NCBI GenBank assembly: GCA_048940925.1
Contig: JBHLOC010000001.1
Location: forward strand, 32,001-96,000
Direction of reading: 5' to 3'
DNA: 64,000 nucleotides
Origin: Promethearchaeota archaeon
GTDB taxonomy: Archaea > Asgardarchaeota > Lokiarchaeia > Sigyniarchaeales > SOKP01
The notes beneath the pieces were generated by a model that did no database searches, was not told where the DNA came from, and saw only the letters and a list, made by a program, of their open reading frames with translations. Positions 48,023 to 58,490 of this stretch are shown piece by piece. Numbering within the stretch: the stretch's first letter is position 1; every line of letters starts with the position of its first letter. The position numbers and the translations under genes are program-made.

Positions 48023-49126
48023 GTGGAAAAGATGGGATTGGCAGAAGTAAAAACATTCAAAGATCTTGAAGATGATGTAATTGCAGTAAATAGATGCTGT
48101 GCTTGCGGTGCTTGCATAGCTTATTGTGAGAATCAGGCCTTTAATGTTATTGAGATGGATGGGTATACTCCTAAATTTAAATCTGAAAAAACTGTAGAGA
48201 ATTGTAAAGAATGTGGATATTGTTATTATATTTGTCCCCAAACAGAACCGCTACTAGATAGGTTAAAAGAAACTCATCTCGTCAAAGATGAACTAGGGAA
48301 TATTATTGATATTTTTGCTGCTAGGACGACAAATGCAAAAATTAAAGAAGTTGGACAAGATGGTGGTATAGTATCGACAATTTTGAGCTATTTGTTTGAT
48401 ACTAATAATATAGACGCCGCAATTGTATCTGAATATGATGAGAATTTTAAACCAGTACCGACCATTATATATACGAAGGATGATTTGGTAAAGTCAGCAG
48501 GTACGAGATATTCAATATCCTCTAATATTTTGCCATTAAAAGATTTGACGCAAATTGCAGAAGAAATAATTTCTCAGAAGATGAGAATTTATGATCCTGA
48601 TCAATTACGTATTGCTTTTATTGGAACACCTTGCCAATGTAGAGCAATAAGCAAGATGAAACTTTTAAATATTAAACCCGCACACGTTATAAGTATAGTT
48701 ATAGGTCTTTTTTGTTTTGAAAATTTTGAGTATGATAAACTAATAGAAATTTTGAAGTCAAAAACAGAAATAGATCCTTCCGATATTAAAAAAACCAATA
48801 TTAAAAAGAATTTTTTCGTTACTTCGAAGGCAGACCAAGTTGCTGAAGTAAATATAAAAGATCTAGATGAAGCTGTGAGAAACCACTGCCATGAATGTGA
48901 TGAATTTGTAGGCAGATTTACAGATCTTAGTATTGGAGCGTCTGGTGCTCCCACAGGTTACTCAATGATTCTTACTCGTACTGAAAAGGGGCGTAGTTTA
49001 ATTGATTCTTTATTAGCAACTGGATATATTGAAAGGTATATTATTCCAGCTGATCAGATTTCAGAATGGAGACCTAAAAAAATTAATTGGTTAAAAAGAA
49101 TGACTTCACGAAAGGTGAAGAAATAA
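48023..49126 (+). CDS. coenzyme F420 hydrogenase/dehydrogenase beta subunit family (FrhB/FpoF-like) with N-terminal 2[4Fe-4S]
   Basis: CCACGAC...C, CKECGYC..ICP, GQDGGIVS, SAGTRY, GTPCQ, GLFCFENF and CHEC. Confidence 0.88.
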   Translation: MEKMGLAEVKTFKDLEDDVIAVNRCCACGACIAYCENQAFNVIEMDGYTPKFKSEKTVENCKECGYCYYICPQTEPLLDRLKETHLVKDELGNIIDIFAARTTNAKIKEVGQDGGIVSTILSYLFDTNNIDAAIVSEYDENFKPVPTIIYTKDDLVKSAGTRYSISSNILPLKDLTQIAEEIISQKMRIYDPDQLRIAFIGTPCQCRAISKMKLLNIKPAHVISIVIGLFCFENFEYDKLIEILKSKTEIDPSDIKKTNIKKNFFVTSKADQVAEVNIKDLDEAVRNHCHECDEFVGRFTDLSIGASGAPTGYSMILTRTEKGRSLIDSLLATGYIERYIIPADQISEWRPKKINWLKRMTSRKVKK

Positions 49127-49142
49127 GTAATAGGTGAGATGA

Positions 49143-50447
49143 ATGGAAAAAAACTCTAAAAGTGCTTTAATTATAGGGGCAGGTATTGCTGGTATTCAGG
49201 CTGCTTTAGATTTAGGAGATATGGGTATAAAAGTTCATTTAGTCGAAAAACAACCAGTAATTGGGGGAAAAATGGCACAATTGGATAAGACTTTTCCTAC
49301 ATTAGACTGCTCAATTTGTATTTTAGCACCTAAGCTTTCTGAGTGTTATCGGCATCCAAATATTACATTGTATACTCTCTCTGAAGTACAAAATGTAGAG
49401 GGTACAAGTGGAAATTTTTCAGTAGAAATTCTTAAACGAGCACGATATGTAAAGGAAGATGTATGTACAAATTGTGGAGATTGTGCTACAATTTGTCCAG
49501 TGCGTGGTGTTCCTAATTATTTTGATGCAAATTTAAAAAGTATGGCTGCTGCATATATTCCCTTTCCTTCTGCAGTTCCTCCTGTGCATATTATTGATAA
49601 AGATTCATGTGTATACTTAAATTATGGCATTTGTGGATTATGTGCTAAGACTTGTGGTGCTGAGGCAATAGATTTTTCACAAAAAGATGAAATCTTAAAG
49701 ATTGATAACGTAGGGTGCATAGTTGTAGCTCCAGGATATGGATTATTAGAAGATGTCACTCCACTTACAAATTATGGCTATGGAAAATTTAAAAATGTAG
49801 TCTCAGCATTAGAATTCGAACGATTAATTTGTGCTTCTGGACCTTTAGAAGGACACTTAAAAAGGTTATCTGATGGGAAAGATCCTATGAAACTTGCGTT
49901 TCTACAATGTATAGGATCACGTTCAGATCGAGATAAAAAGTATTGTTCTTCTATTTGTTGCATGTATACCACGAAAGCGGCCATGATTGCTTATGAACAT
50001 AATAATGAATTAGAATCATACGTTTTTTATATTGATATGAGAGCAGGAGGTAAAGGTTTTCAATCCTTCCTACGTAGAGGAGCAAATGAATATAATATTG
50101 AATATATCAAAAGTAAGATATCTCATATTGATATTGATGATGAGGAAAACCCTATTATTACTTATGAAGATTATGATACATCTGAAATAAAACAATTAAA
50201 GGTGGATTTAGCCGTATTAGCAACATGTATAATCCCATCAAAAGGAATTGAGAAGTTAGCAGAGGTATTAGGGATTGAATTAAATGAATATAATTTTGTA
50301 AAGACAAACCCATTTTTACCAGTAGAGACGAGTGCAGAAGGTATTTTTACATGTGGGTGTGCTCGTGAACCAATGGATATACCACGTTCTGTTGCTGAAG
50401 CTAGTGGAGCAGCAGCAAGAGCTGCAGAAGTTATTAGAGGAGGATGA
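49143..50447 (+). CDS. hdrA: heterodisulfide reductase subunit A-like, N-half of split pair (FAD domain with inserted ferredoxin)
   Basis: GAGIAGI.AAL, MAQLDKTFPTLDC..C, LEFER, QCIGSR, CSSICCMY and PMDIP.SV. Confidence 0.9.
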   Translation: MEKNSKSALIIGAGIAGIQAALDLGDMGIKVHLVEKQPVIGGKMAQLDKTFPTLDCSICILAPKLSECYRHPNITLYTLSEVQNVEGTSGNFSVEILKRARYVKEDVCTNCGDCATICPVRGVPNYFDANLKSMAAAYIPFPSAVPPVHIIDKDSCVYLNYGICGLCAKTCGAEAIDFSQKDEILKIDNVGCIVVAPGYGLLEDVTPLTNYGYGKFKNVVSALEFERLICASGPLEGHLKRLSDGKDPMKLAFLQCIGSRSDRDKKYCSSICCMYTTKAAMIAYEHNNELESYVFYIDMRAGGKGFQSFLRRGANEYNIEYIKSKISHIDIDDEENPIITYEDYDTSEIKQLKVDLAVLATCIIPSKGIEKLAEVLGIELNEYNFVKTNPFLPVETSAEGIFTCGCAREPMDIPRSVAEASGAAARAAEVIRGG

Positions 50448-50454
50448 AGAGAAA

Positions 50455-52128
50455 GTGTCTGAAAAAGAAATTAGAATTGGGGTGTTTGTATGCTCTTGTG
50501 GGAGCAATATAGGAGGTTTAATAGATGTTAAAAAATTGGCTGAATATGCTAGTACCTTACCTAATGTAGTTTTTACAGAGGATAATCTCTATACATGCTC
50601 AGAAACAGGTTTAGCACAGATTAAAAATGGTATTAAAGAACATAATTTAAATCGTGTAGTTGTTGCATCCTGTACACCAAGAACTCACGAACCATTATTC
50701 CGAGATTGTATATCTGAAGAAGGGGTTAACAGATATCTCTTTCAATTCGTAAATATAAGAGATCAGGATACATGGGTACATCAAAAACAGCCAAAAGAAG
50801 CATTTGAAAAAGCTAAAGACTTAGTAAGGATGGGCGTAGCAAAAGCTGCTAAACTTGAAGCACTTGAAAATATTGTCGTGGATGCTACTCCAACTGCTCT
50901 TGTGATTGGTGGGGGTGTAGCTGGAATGAATGCTGCCTTGAGTTTAGCAAATCAAGGATTCGAAACACATTTAGTTGAAAAAGAAAATCAGTTAGGCGGC
51001 AAATTAAATATTTTAAATAAATTATTCCCAACAGGTCAAGATGCCTCTGAACTTTTAGAAAGTCTAAAGAAAAGAGTTAGAAGTAACCCAAATTTAACTG
51101 TTTATACTTCAGCAAAAGTGAAAAATATAGAAGGCTTTGTTGGCAATTATGAGATAGAAATAGAACAAAAAAGTAAAAATATTGATTTAACTATAGGAGT
51201 AATTATTGTAGCTGTTGGTGCTTCTCTCTTTACACCAACTGGAAAATTTGGTTATGATGGGAAAATAAGAATTACTCAACATGAATTAGAAAATAAGTTA
51301 AAAAATAATGAAGTAAAAGCAAAAGATGTTGTAATGATCCAATGTGTAGGTGCTCGCAATGATGAACGAGTATACTGTTCAAATGTATGTTGTATGAGTG
51401 CCTTGAAAAACGCATTACTTATTAAGGAAGAAAATCCTGAAACTAATGTAACAATATTATTTAGAGATTTGTATACCCCTGGGACATATTATGAAGAATA
51501 TTATAGAAGAGCGAGAGAGGCAGGAGTTATTTTTATTGATTATAAACTTGAAAAAGAACCTTTAGTAGAGGATAAGAATATAAAAGTATTTAATGAATAT
51601 ATTGGAGAGGAGATGATTATACCTTATGATCTCCTTGTATTATCAACTCCTTTAGTTGCGAATGATGATAATAAAGATCTTGCTCAATTGCTAAAAGTTC
51701 CTTTAGAAGAAAATAAATTCTTTTTAGAAGCTCATGTAAAATTACGTCCTATGGACTTTGCTACGGATGGAGTGTTTGTATGTGGTGCAGCAAAATGGCC
51801 TGTAGATATTACAGAATCCATAGCTCAAGGTTATGCTGCTGCCGCAAGGGCAAGTACTATTATATCTCATGATACTATAGAAGTAGAGGGCGCCACATCA
51901 TATTTACCTGAATATAACAAGAGTTTATGTACTGGTTGTGAAGTATGTGTAACTATTTGTCCATATAAAGCTATAAGTAAGAATGAAGACGATGAAATTG
52001 AAATAACTCAGGTACTTTGTAAAGGGTGTGGAGTATGCGGTGCGACTTGCACGAATCATGCGATTATTATTAGACATTTTACAGATGAGCAGATTTTATC
52101 TGAAATATATGCATTTGGAGGCAGATAA
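50455..52128 (+). CDS. hdrA: heterodisulfide reductase subunit A-like, C-half of split pair
   Basis: Probable GTG start at 50455 after GAGGAGGA. Motifs RIGVFVCSCG, VASCTPRTHEP.F, GGGVAG, QCVG, EAHVKLRP and a C-terminal ferredoxin. Confidence 0.9.
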   Translation: MSEKEIRIGVFVCSCGSNIGGLIDVKKLAEYASTLPNVVFTEDNLYTCSETGLAQIKNGIKEHNLNRVVVASCTPRTHEPLFRDCISEEGVNRYLFQFVNIRDQDTWVHQKQPKEAFEKAKDLVRMGVAKAAKLEALENIVVDATPTALVIGGGVAGMNAALSLANQGFETHLVEKENQLGGKLNILNKLFPTGQDASELLESLKKRVRSNPNLTVYTSAKVKNIEGFVGNYEIEIEQKSKNIDLTIGVIIVAVGASLFTPTGKFGYDGKIRITQHELENKLKNNEVKAKDVVMIQCVGARNDERVYCSNVCCMSALKNALLIKEENPETNVTILFRDLYTPGTYYEEYYRRAREAGVIFIDYKLEKEPLVEDKNIKVFNEYIGEEMIIPYDLLVLSTPLVANDDNKDLAQLLKVPLEENKFFLEAHVKLRPMDFATDGVFVCGAAKWPVDITESIAQGYAAAARASTIISHDTIEVEGATSYLPEYNKSLCTGCEVCVTICPYKAISKNEDDEIEITQVLCKGCGVCGATCTNHAIIIRHFTDEQILSEIYAFGGR

Positions 52129-52133
52129 GAATT

Positions 52134-52895
52134 ATGAGTTTTGAACCGAAAATTTTGGGTTTTTTATGTAATTGGTGCTCATATGCGGGGGCTGATTTGG
52201 CTGGAGTAAGCAGAATGCAGTATCCTCCTAATATCAGAGTAATACGAGTAATGTGTAGTGGCAGAGTTGACCCAAAATTTATCTTTGAAGCTCTCAGAGT
52301 TGGAGCTGATGGAGTCATTGTGCTAGGATGCCATCTGGGAGATTGTCACTATCTTGAAGGGAATTATGAAGCTGAGAAGAAATTTGACATGGTTAAACGA
52401 TTTCTTAAGCTAATCGATTTCGATAGTAGGGTTCGGTTAGATTGGGTATCAGCATCTGAAGGTGCTCGATATGCTGCTGTTATAAAGGAATTTACAAGTC
52501 ATATTAAGACATTAGGACCATCTCCTGTAGGTGGTGATAATCCAGATAAAGAAATCCTCGAGAAATTGAGGGCTATAGAGGAAGCTGCGGCAGGTGATCG
52601 AATGAGAGCACTTGTAGGAAGAGAAAGAAAAATTACAGAACAAGAAAATGTTTATGGTGAGAAAGTTCCAATTGAAAAATTTAATGAAGTTTTCGATTCG
52701 GCAATTGAAGAAGAGTATAATAGACATAGAATATTAATTTCTTTAGAAAATGATTCTAAGTCCGTAAAAGATTTAGCAATTGAATTAAATATAGATCCAA
52801 GCGCTGTTTTAGAACATATGGTAATTTTAAAAAGTCGAGGTCAAGTAGATTTCGGACAACTTGTTGGATTAACACCAATGTTTCATAAAATATAA
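52134..52895 (+). CDS. mvhD: MvhD ([2Fe-2S]) fused to a C-terminal winged HTH-like domain
   Basis: CNWCSYAGAD, MCSGRV, GCHLGDCHY and WVSASEG; tail SVKDLAIEL..DPS.VLEHM..L..RG. Confidence 0.88.
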   Translation: MSFEPKILGFLCNWCSYAGADLAGVSRMQYPPNIRVIRVMCSGRVDPKFIFEALRVGADGVIVLGCHLGDCHYLEGNYEAEKKFDMVKRFLKLIDFDSRVRLDWVSASEGARYAAVIKEFTSHIKTLGPSPVGGDNPDKEILEKLRAIEEAAAGDRMRALVGRERKITEQENVYGEKVPIEKFNEVFDSAIEEEYNRHRILISLENDSKSVKDLAIELNIDPSAVLEHMVILKSRGQVDFGQLVGLTPMFHKI

Positions 52896-52907
52896 AGAGG
52901 ATAAAAT

Positions 52908-55900
52908 ATGGATAAAATAGGAGCAGTCATGGTTGTAGGCGCAGGAATAGGAGGCTCACAAGCAGCACTCGATCTGGGTGATTCAGGGTTTAGAGTTTAC
53001 TTAATTGAATCTTCAACAAGTATTGGTGGCGTGATGGCCCAATTGGATAAAACTTTTCCCACAAATGATTGCGCTATGTGTATAGTAAGCCCTAAGCTCG
53101 TAGAGACAGGTCGACATCAAAATATTGATTTGAGTATTAATTGTGAGATTTTAGATGTCGAAGGAGAAGCAGGAAATTTCACAGTTAAAGTAAAAAAAAA
53201 TTCTTTATATATTAATCCAGATAAATGTACTGGTTGCGGTGTGTGTGGTCAAAACTGCCCAGTAGAGGCAATTGATGTATTCAATGAGGGATTATCTAGA
53301 TATCATGCTACTTCTGTAAAGTATCCACAAGCTGTTCCACTCGTATATGCTATCAATAAAGAATATTGTATAGGATGCGGAGTATGTGCTGGTGTATGTA
53401 AAGCAAAAGCGGTAGAGTATGACCGAGAAGATGAAGAAGTAGATATTAATGTAGGAGCAGTTATTCTTGCTCCAGGTTTTGATGAATTTGTTCCTCAAGC
53501 AGCAAACAAATATGGTTATGGGGAGTTTAAAAACGTAGTGACCAGTATTGAGTTTGAACGTATCTTGTCAGCTTCAGGACCATTTGCTGGAAGAGTTCTT
53601 AGACCTTCTGATGGAGATATTCCAGAAAAAGTAGCTTTCCTTCAATGTATAGGATCCCGAGATTATTCGGGAAAAGGTCAACCATATTGTTCTTCAGTAT
53701 GTTGTATGTATACAGCGAAAGAGGCAGTAATTGCTCACGAGCATCAGCATGAAGTAAAACCTACAATTTTTAGCATGGATATAAGAGCATACGGAAAAGA
53801 TTTTGATAAATATATCATTAGGGCTCAAGAAGAGTATGGTATCCGATATATTAGAAGTAGAGTATCTTCAATAACAGAGATTCCTGAGACAAAAGATTTA
53901 AAACTTTGTTATGAAACTGAAGATGGGAAGGTAATTGAAGAAATTTATAATATGGTGGTGTTAAGTGTCGGATTAAATCCTCCTGATGATGCGAAATACC
54001 TGGCTGAAAAATTTAATATTGAATTAAATGAATTTGGTTTCGCAAAAACAGAAATTTTCAACCCTGTACAAACCTCAAGACCTGGAATTTTTGCTTGTGG
54101 TGCATTTTCTCAACCTAAAGATATTCCTGAAACTGTTACTCAAGCGAGTGCGGCTGCCGGTTGTGTTGATCAACTTCTATTTGAAAAGAGAGGTACATTA
54201 ATAACAGAAAAAACATTACCTCCAGAGATTTTTGTGGCAGGACAACCTCCGCGTATTGGAGTATTTATTTGTCACTGTGGTATAAATATTGGTGGATATG
54301 TAGATGTTCCTGAGGTTACTAAATATGCGAGTACTCTCCCAAATGTTGTCATGTCAGATCGTAATCTTTACACTTGTTCTGCCGATACTCAAGGGATAAT
54401 AAAAGAAAAAATTGAAGAATACCATCTTAATAGAGTTATTGTTGCCTCATGTACTCCTCGAACTCATGAACCATTATTCCAAGAAACCATTAGAGAAGCG
54501 GGCTTAAATCGGTACTTATTTCAAATGGCAAATATCCGTGATCAATGTTCATGGGTGCACATGAACCAACCTGAGGAAGCTACTCAAAAAGCAAAAGATC
54601 TTGTAAGAATGGCGGTTAATAAAGCTCGACGAATAGCCCCTATAGATAGAATAAAACTGGGAGTGACAAAGAAAGCAATGGTAATAGGGGGAGGAATAAG
54701 TGGTATGGTAGCTGCTCTTAATTTTGCCAGCCAACAAATTGAGACTCACCTAGTTGAAAAAGCAGGAGAATTAGGAGGTTTAGCGCGAAAAATTTTTCAT
54801 ACTCTTGAAGGAGGAGATGTTCAAGCTTATTTAAAAGATTTAATTGAAAAAGTCGAGTCTAATAAATTTATTCATGTATATACAAATGCTGAAATTGAAA
54901 CTTTAGATGGATATATTGGAAACTTCAAAACTACAGTTATTCATGGACCAAAAAAAGAAATTGCAGAATTTGACCATGGAGTTGTTATTTTAGCTACAGG
55001 AGCACATGAATATAAACCAAAAGAATTTCTTTATGGCCATAATAAAAATGTTATTTTGCAATCAGAGTTCGAAGACCTATTAAATACTGATAGTGTTATT
55101 AAAAATAAAAAATCAGTTGTCATGATTCAATGCGTTGGTTCAAGAAACGATGAACATCCATATTGTAGCAAAATGTGTTGTGCAGAAGCTATAAAAAACG
55201 CATTATTAGTTAAAAAACTAAATCCATCAACAGAAGTTACGGTTTTATTTAGAGATATCCGAACATATGGATTTAAAGAAAAGTATTATAGAAAAGCAAG
55301 AGAACAAGGAGTAATTTTCCTTCGATATGATGAACTGAATCCGCCTGAAATTATTACGAAGGATTCATCATTAAATGTAAAAGTTAAAACTCCAAAAGCA
55401 GGAGTTTTATCAATCCCCACGGATTTATTAGTATTAAGTGCAGGAATAGTTGCATCTCACGAGGAAAATGAAGAGCTTGCTAAAATGTTAAAAGTTCCTT
55501 TAAATGATGATAATTTTTATCTAGAAGCCCACGTTAAACTTCGTCCGGTTGATTTTGCAACTGAAGGAGTATTTGTTGCTGGCTTAGCACACTGTCCAAA
55601 AACAATTGAAGATTCAATTTCACAAGCTAATGCAGCAGTTTCAAGAGCATGTACAATTCTCTCAAAAGATGAAATTGAAGCTGAGGGAAAAACGGCAGTT
55701 ATTGATATGTCTCGCTGTATCGGATGTGGGATGTGTATAGAAAATTGTGCATATAATGCTATAGAATTAATTGAAGATCGAAGGTTCGGTTTAGTAGCGT
55801 CAATTAATCAAGCACTTTGTAAAGGTTGTGGAGCTTGTAGTGGGAATTGTCGATGTAGTGCCATCGATATTTTAGGTTTTACAGCAGAACAGATTTATTC

Positions 55901-55922
55901 GATGATCACTGCAAGATTATAA
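52908..55922 (+). CDS. hdrA: large heterodisulfide reductase subunit A with two FAD modules
   Basis: The N-part is collinear with 49143-50447 and the C-part (from PRIGVFICHCG) with 50455-52128. Confidence 0.92.
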   Translation: MDKIGAVMVVGAGIGGSQAALDLGDSGFRVYLIESSTSIGGVMAQLDKTFPTNDCAMCIVSPKLVETGRHQNIDLSINCEILDVEGEAGNFTVKVKKNSLYINPDKCTGCGVCGQNCPVEAIDVFNEGLSRYHATSVKYPQAVPLVYAINKEYCIGCGVCAGVCKAKAVEYDREDEEVDINVGAVILAPGFDEFVPQAANKYGYGEFKNVVTSIEFERILSASGPFAGRVLRPSDGDIPEKVAFLQCIGSRDYSGKGQPYCSSVCCMYTAKEAVIAHEHQHEVKPTIFSMDIRAYGKDFDKYIIRAQEEYGIRYIRSRVSSITEIPETKDLKLCYETEDGKVIEEIYNMVVLSVGLNPPDDAKYLAEKFNIELNEFGFAKTEIFNPVQTSRPGIFACGAFSQPKDIPETVTQASAAAGCVDQLLFEKRGTLITEKTLPPEIFVAGQPPRIGVFICHCGINIGGYVDVPEVTKYASTLPNVVMSDRNLYTCSADTQGIIKEKIEEYHLNRVIVASCTPRTHEPLFQETIREAGLNRYLFQMANIRDQCSWVHMNQPEEATQKAKDLVRMAVNKARRIAPIDRIKLGVTKKAMVIGGGISGMVAALNFASQQIETHLVEKAGELGGLARKIFHTLEGGDVQAYLKDLIEKVESNKFIHVYTNAEIETLDGYIGNFKTTVIHGPKKEIAEFDHGVVILATGAHEYKPKEFLYGHNKNVILQSEFEDLLNTDSVIKNKKSVVMIQCVGSRNDEHPYCSKMCCAEAIKNALLVKKLNPSTEVTVLFRDIRTYGFKEKYYRKAREQGVIFLRYDELNPPEIITKDSSLNVKVKTPKAGVLSIPTDLLVLSAGIVASHEENEELAKMLKVPLNDDNFYLEAHVKLRPVDFATEGVFVAGLAHCPKTIEDSISQANAAVSRACTILSKDEIEAEGKTAVIDMSRCIGCGMCIENCAYNAIELIEDRRFGLVASINQALCKGCGACSGNCRCSAIDILGFTAEQIYSMITARL

Positions 55923-55943
55923 CGATAATGAGGTTTAGAAAAA

Positions 55944-56396
55944 ATGACGGAAACAGTTTCAAAAGAAAAAGAGATAAGTGAGAAATGGGAACCAAAAATC
56001 ATCGCTTTTTTATGTAATTGGTGTTCTTATGCTGGAGCAGATTTAGCTGGAGTAAGTAGAATCCAATATCCACCGAATATAAGAATTGTCAGAGTTCCCT
56101 GTTCTGGAAGAGTTAATCCCTATTTTATTATAAAAAGTCTGACAGATGGATGGGATGGTGTTCTTGTATCGGGATGTCATCCTGGTGATTGCCATTATAT
56201 TAGTGGAAATTTAGTGGCTCGAAGACGTTTTGCAATATTGAAAGAGCTTCTGAAATTCTTTGGAATTGAACCCGGGAGAGTTAATTTTATGTGGGCTTCT
56301 GCTGCCGAAGGAGAGCGATTTGCTACCTTGGTGAAGAAGGCTACAAATATAGTAAAAGAATTAGGACCAAATAAAAAATTTCAAAGAGAGTGGTAA
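55944..56396 (+). CDS. mvhD: MvhD/FlxD-like [2Fe-2S] subunit
   Basis: CNWCSYAGAD, PCSGRV, GCHPGDCHY and WASAAEG. Confidence 0.92.
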   Translation: MTETVSKEKEISEKWEPKIIAFLCNWCSYAGADLAGVSRIQYPPNIRIVRVPCSGRVNPYFIIKSLTDGWDGVLVSGCHPGDCHYISGNLVARRRFAILKELLKFFGIEPGRVNFMWASAAEGERFATLVKKATNIVKELGPNKKFQREW

Positions 56397-57412
56397 TGAA
56401 TATGAGTATTGAAACAGAAAACAGAGAAATTGAAAATTCAATAAGAGAATTGGCTAAAAAGTTATTCAATGAGAAACAAGTAGATGTGATCATTGGATAT
56501 TCAAAGGGTACACTTCCTTTAAGCTCTACACCAATAATCATTAGGAAAGCAGAAGATATAGACAAGTTAGTCTGGAATAATTTATGCTATATTAATTTAG
56601 CTAGATATTTAGCCCCTCTAATGCCCCAACTTTGTGATACAGAAGGAAATTCTTTGAGAATTGGAATTGTTGCTAAAGGTTGTGTTGCCAGAGCAATAAA
56701 TCTTTTAGCGGTTGAGAAGCAAGTAAATCTAGATAACATTAAGATGATTGGGTTTAATTGTAATGGTAATATTAACAGAAGTAAAATAGATATGGAAATT
56801 GGGGAAAAAGAGATTCTTGATGTTTCAATATTAGGGAGTGATATCATTGTAAAAGGAAAAGATTGGGAGAAAAAATTCCCCTATGATCAATATATTAATG
56901 AGCTATGTAAAGTTTGTAAAATAAAATCACCTTCTGCGCCAGAAGATCTATGTGTAGGTGAATGTCACGAATTAGAATCTGTATATGATGAATTTACAGA
57001 TATTGATGAGTTTGAATCGAAAACATCTGAGGAGAAATGGGCATATATTAAAGATACTTTAGGAGTGTGCACTTTATGCTATAGTTGTCGCCAAGCCTGT
57101 CCTGCGTGTTATTGCAATCTATGTTTTGTTGATCAAAATGCACCTATATGGTTCAACAAAACTACAGAATTTAATGACATACTTGTATTCCATTTAATAC
57201 GCTCGATGCATTTAGCAGGAAGATGTATAGGATGTGGAGCATGTTCATCGGTATGTCCAGTCGGTATAGACCTGTATTTTATCAATAGAAAATTGGAAAA
57301 GATCGTTAAAGAAAGATTTAATTATACATCAGGTCTTAATGCTGAAACTTTACCTCCAATGATGGATTTCAAAATGGAGGATGCACAAGAATTTATGTTA
57401 GAGGAAGATTAA
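56390..57412 (+). CDS. FlxC/FdhB-like iron-sulfur protein
   Basis: GIVAKGC, CKVC, CTLCYSCRQACPACYC..C and HLAGRCIGCGAC..VCP. Confidence 0.8.
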   Translation: MVMNMSIETENREIENSIRELAKKLFNEKQVDVIIGYSKGTLPLSSTPIIIRKAEDIDKLVWNNLCYINLARYLAPLMPQLCDTEGNSLRIGIVAKGCVARAINLLAVEKQVNLDNIKMIGFNCNGNINRSKIDMEIGEKEILDVSILGSDIIVKGKDWEKKFPYDQYINELCKVCKIKSPSAPEDLCVGECHELESVYDEFTDIDEFESKTSEEKWAYIKDTLGVCTLCYSCRQACPACYCNLCFVDQNAPIWFNKTTEFNDILVFHLIRSMHLAGRCIGCGACSSVCPVGIDLYFINRKLEKIVKERFNYTSGLNAETLPPMMDFKMEDAQEFMLEED

Positions 57413-57428
57413 AAGGGTGAATTAAAAT

Positions 57429-58490
57429 ATGGAACAAAAAATATTAAAAAAAGACCAAGTTGGAAAATTATACAACGAATTAGCAAATGAATATAACTTT
57501 TATGCTCCGATTAATAAAAAGGGTAATCTAGTCTTCGAGAAGATCGAAAATCCTGAAGATATTGTTTTAGATTACCTGAATTCAAAAATTCCACCGAAAT
57601 CAATATTATTTCCTCAAGAAGAGGTGCTTTTTGAATATTCTTTAGATGAGAAAAATGTTGAAATCACTGATAGACAAGATCTAGATCAAAAATACTTGAT
57701 ATTTGGAATTCGACCATGCGACGCTTACAGTTTTGAATTGTTCGCTAATTTCTTTTCATTTCATGGAGACTGGAAGGATGAGATATATTTAAAGAAGAAA
57801 GAGAATACAACACTCATAGGTATCGGGTGTAATACTCCAAGAACTACATGCTTTTGTACATCTGTAGGTGGAAATCCTTTCAAAAAGGAGAATATGGATG
57901 TTTTTTTGACAGATTTAGGTGAATCTTACTTAGTTGAGGGTATTAGCGATAAAGGGAAAGATCTTTTAAAGCAATTATCGTGGCTTACGGGTGCTACAGA
58001 AAAAGATGTGAAGAAAGCGAAAGAATTAGCTAAAAAAGCGGAGGAATCAATAGTTACAAAAATTGATGCTGATACAGTTGTAAAGAATTTAGAAACTTGT
58101 TTCGATCATCCTGTTTGGGAAGAAATCAGTGAAGCCTGTATAGGATGCGGATCGTGCGCCTATATGTGCCCAACATGTACATGTTTCGATGTGATCGACG
58201 AGACAGACCAGTATAATAATCGAGGCAGAAGAATTCGAATTTGGGATACTTGCCAATCGTGTCTTTATACTCTCGAAACGAGTGGTCACAACCCACGAAA
58301 TACTAAAATTCAACGTTGTCGTAATAGAATAATGCATAAGTTTAGTTATTATCCAACAAATTACGATTTACTAGGCTGTGTTGGATGTGGGAGATGCGTT
58401 TTTGTATGCCCTGCTAATAATGATATTCGTGAAATATTGCATAAAATAGAAAAGATTGAAAAAGAGGAGGATGAGAAAGTAGTTGCCTAA
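57429..58490 (+). CDS. FlxB/AsrA-like 4Fe-4S protein
   Basis: FGIRPCD, CFCTSVG, CIGCGSC...CPTCTCF, RIWDTC, HKF.Y and CVGCGRC...CP. Confidence 0.85.
   Translation: MEQKILKKDQVGKLYNELANEYNFYAPINKKGNLVFEKIENPEDIVLDYLNSKIPPKSILFPQEEVLFEYSLDEKNVEITDRQDLDQKYLIFGIRPCDAYSFELFANFFSFHGDWKDEIYLKKKENTTLIGIGCNTPRTTCFCTSVGGNPFKKENMDVFLTDLGESYLVEGISDKGKDLLKQLSWLTGATEKDVKKAKELAKKAEESIVTKIDADTVVKNLETCFDHPVWEEISEACIGCGSCAYMCPTCTCFDVIDETDQYNNRGRRIRIWDTCQSCLYTLETSGHNPRNTKIQRCRNRIMHKFSYYPTNYDLLGCVGCGRCVFVCPANNDIREILHKIEKIEKEEDEKVVA

Noticed and set aside
50332-50454. ORF-track N-terminal extension of hdrA''
   Set aside because: It overlaps hdrA' coding sequence; homology starts at about 50455.
50445-50462. TGA ending hdrA' as a selenocysteine codon or readthrough into hdrA''
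   Set aside because: Readthrough meets another TGA four codons later and then TAG. The next gene is in a different frame with its own RBS/GTG, and the position is not a conserved Cys.
52134-56396. Selenoprotein versions of MvhD/HdrA (known in Lokiarchaeia)
   Set aside because: All ligand positions are Cys codons in uninterrupted ORFs, and no SECIS was recognised.
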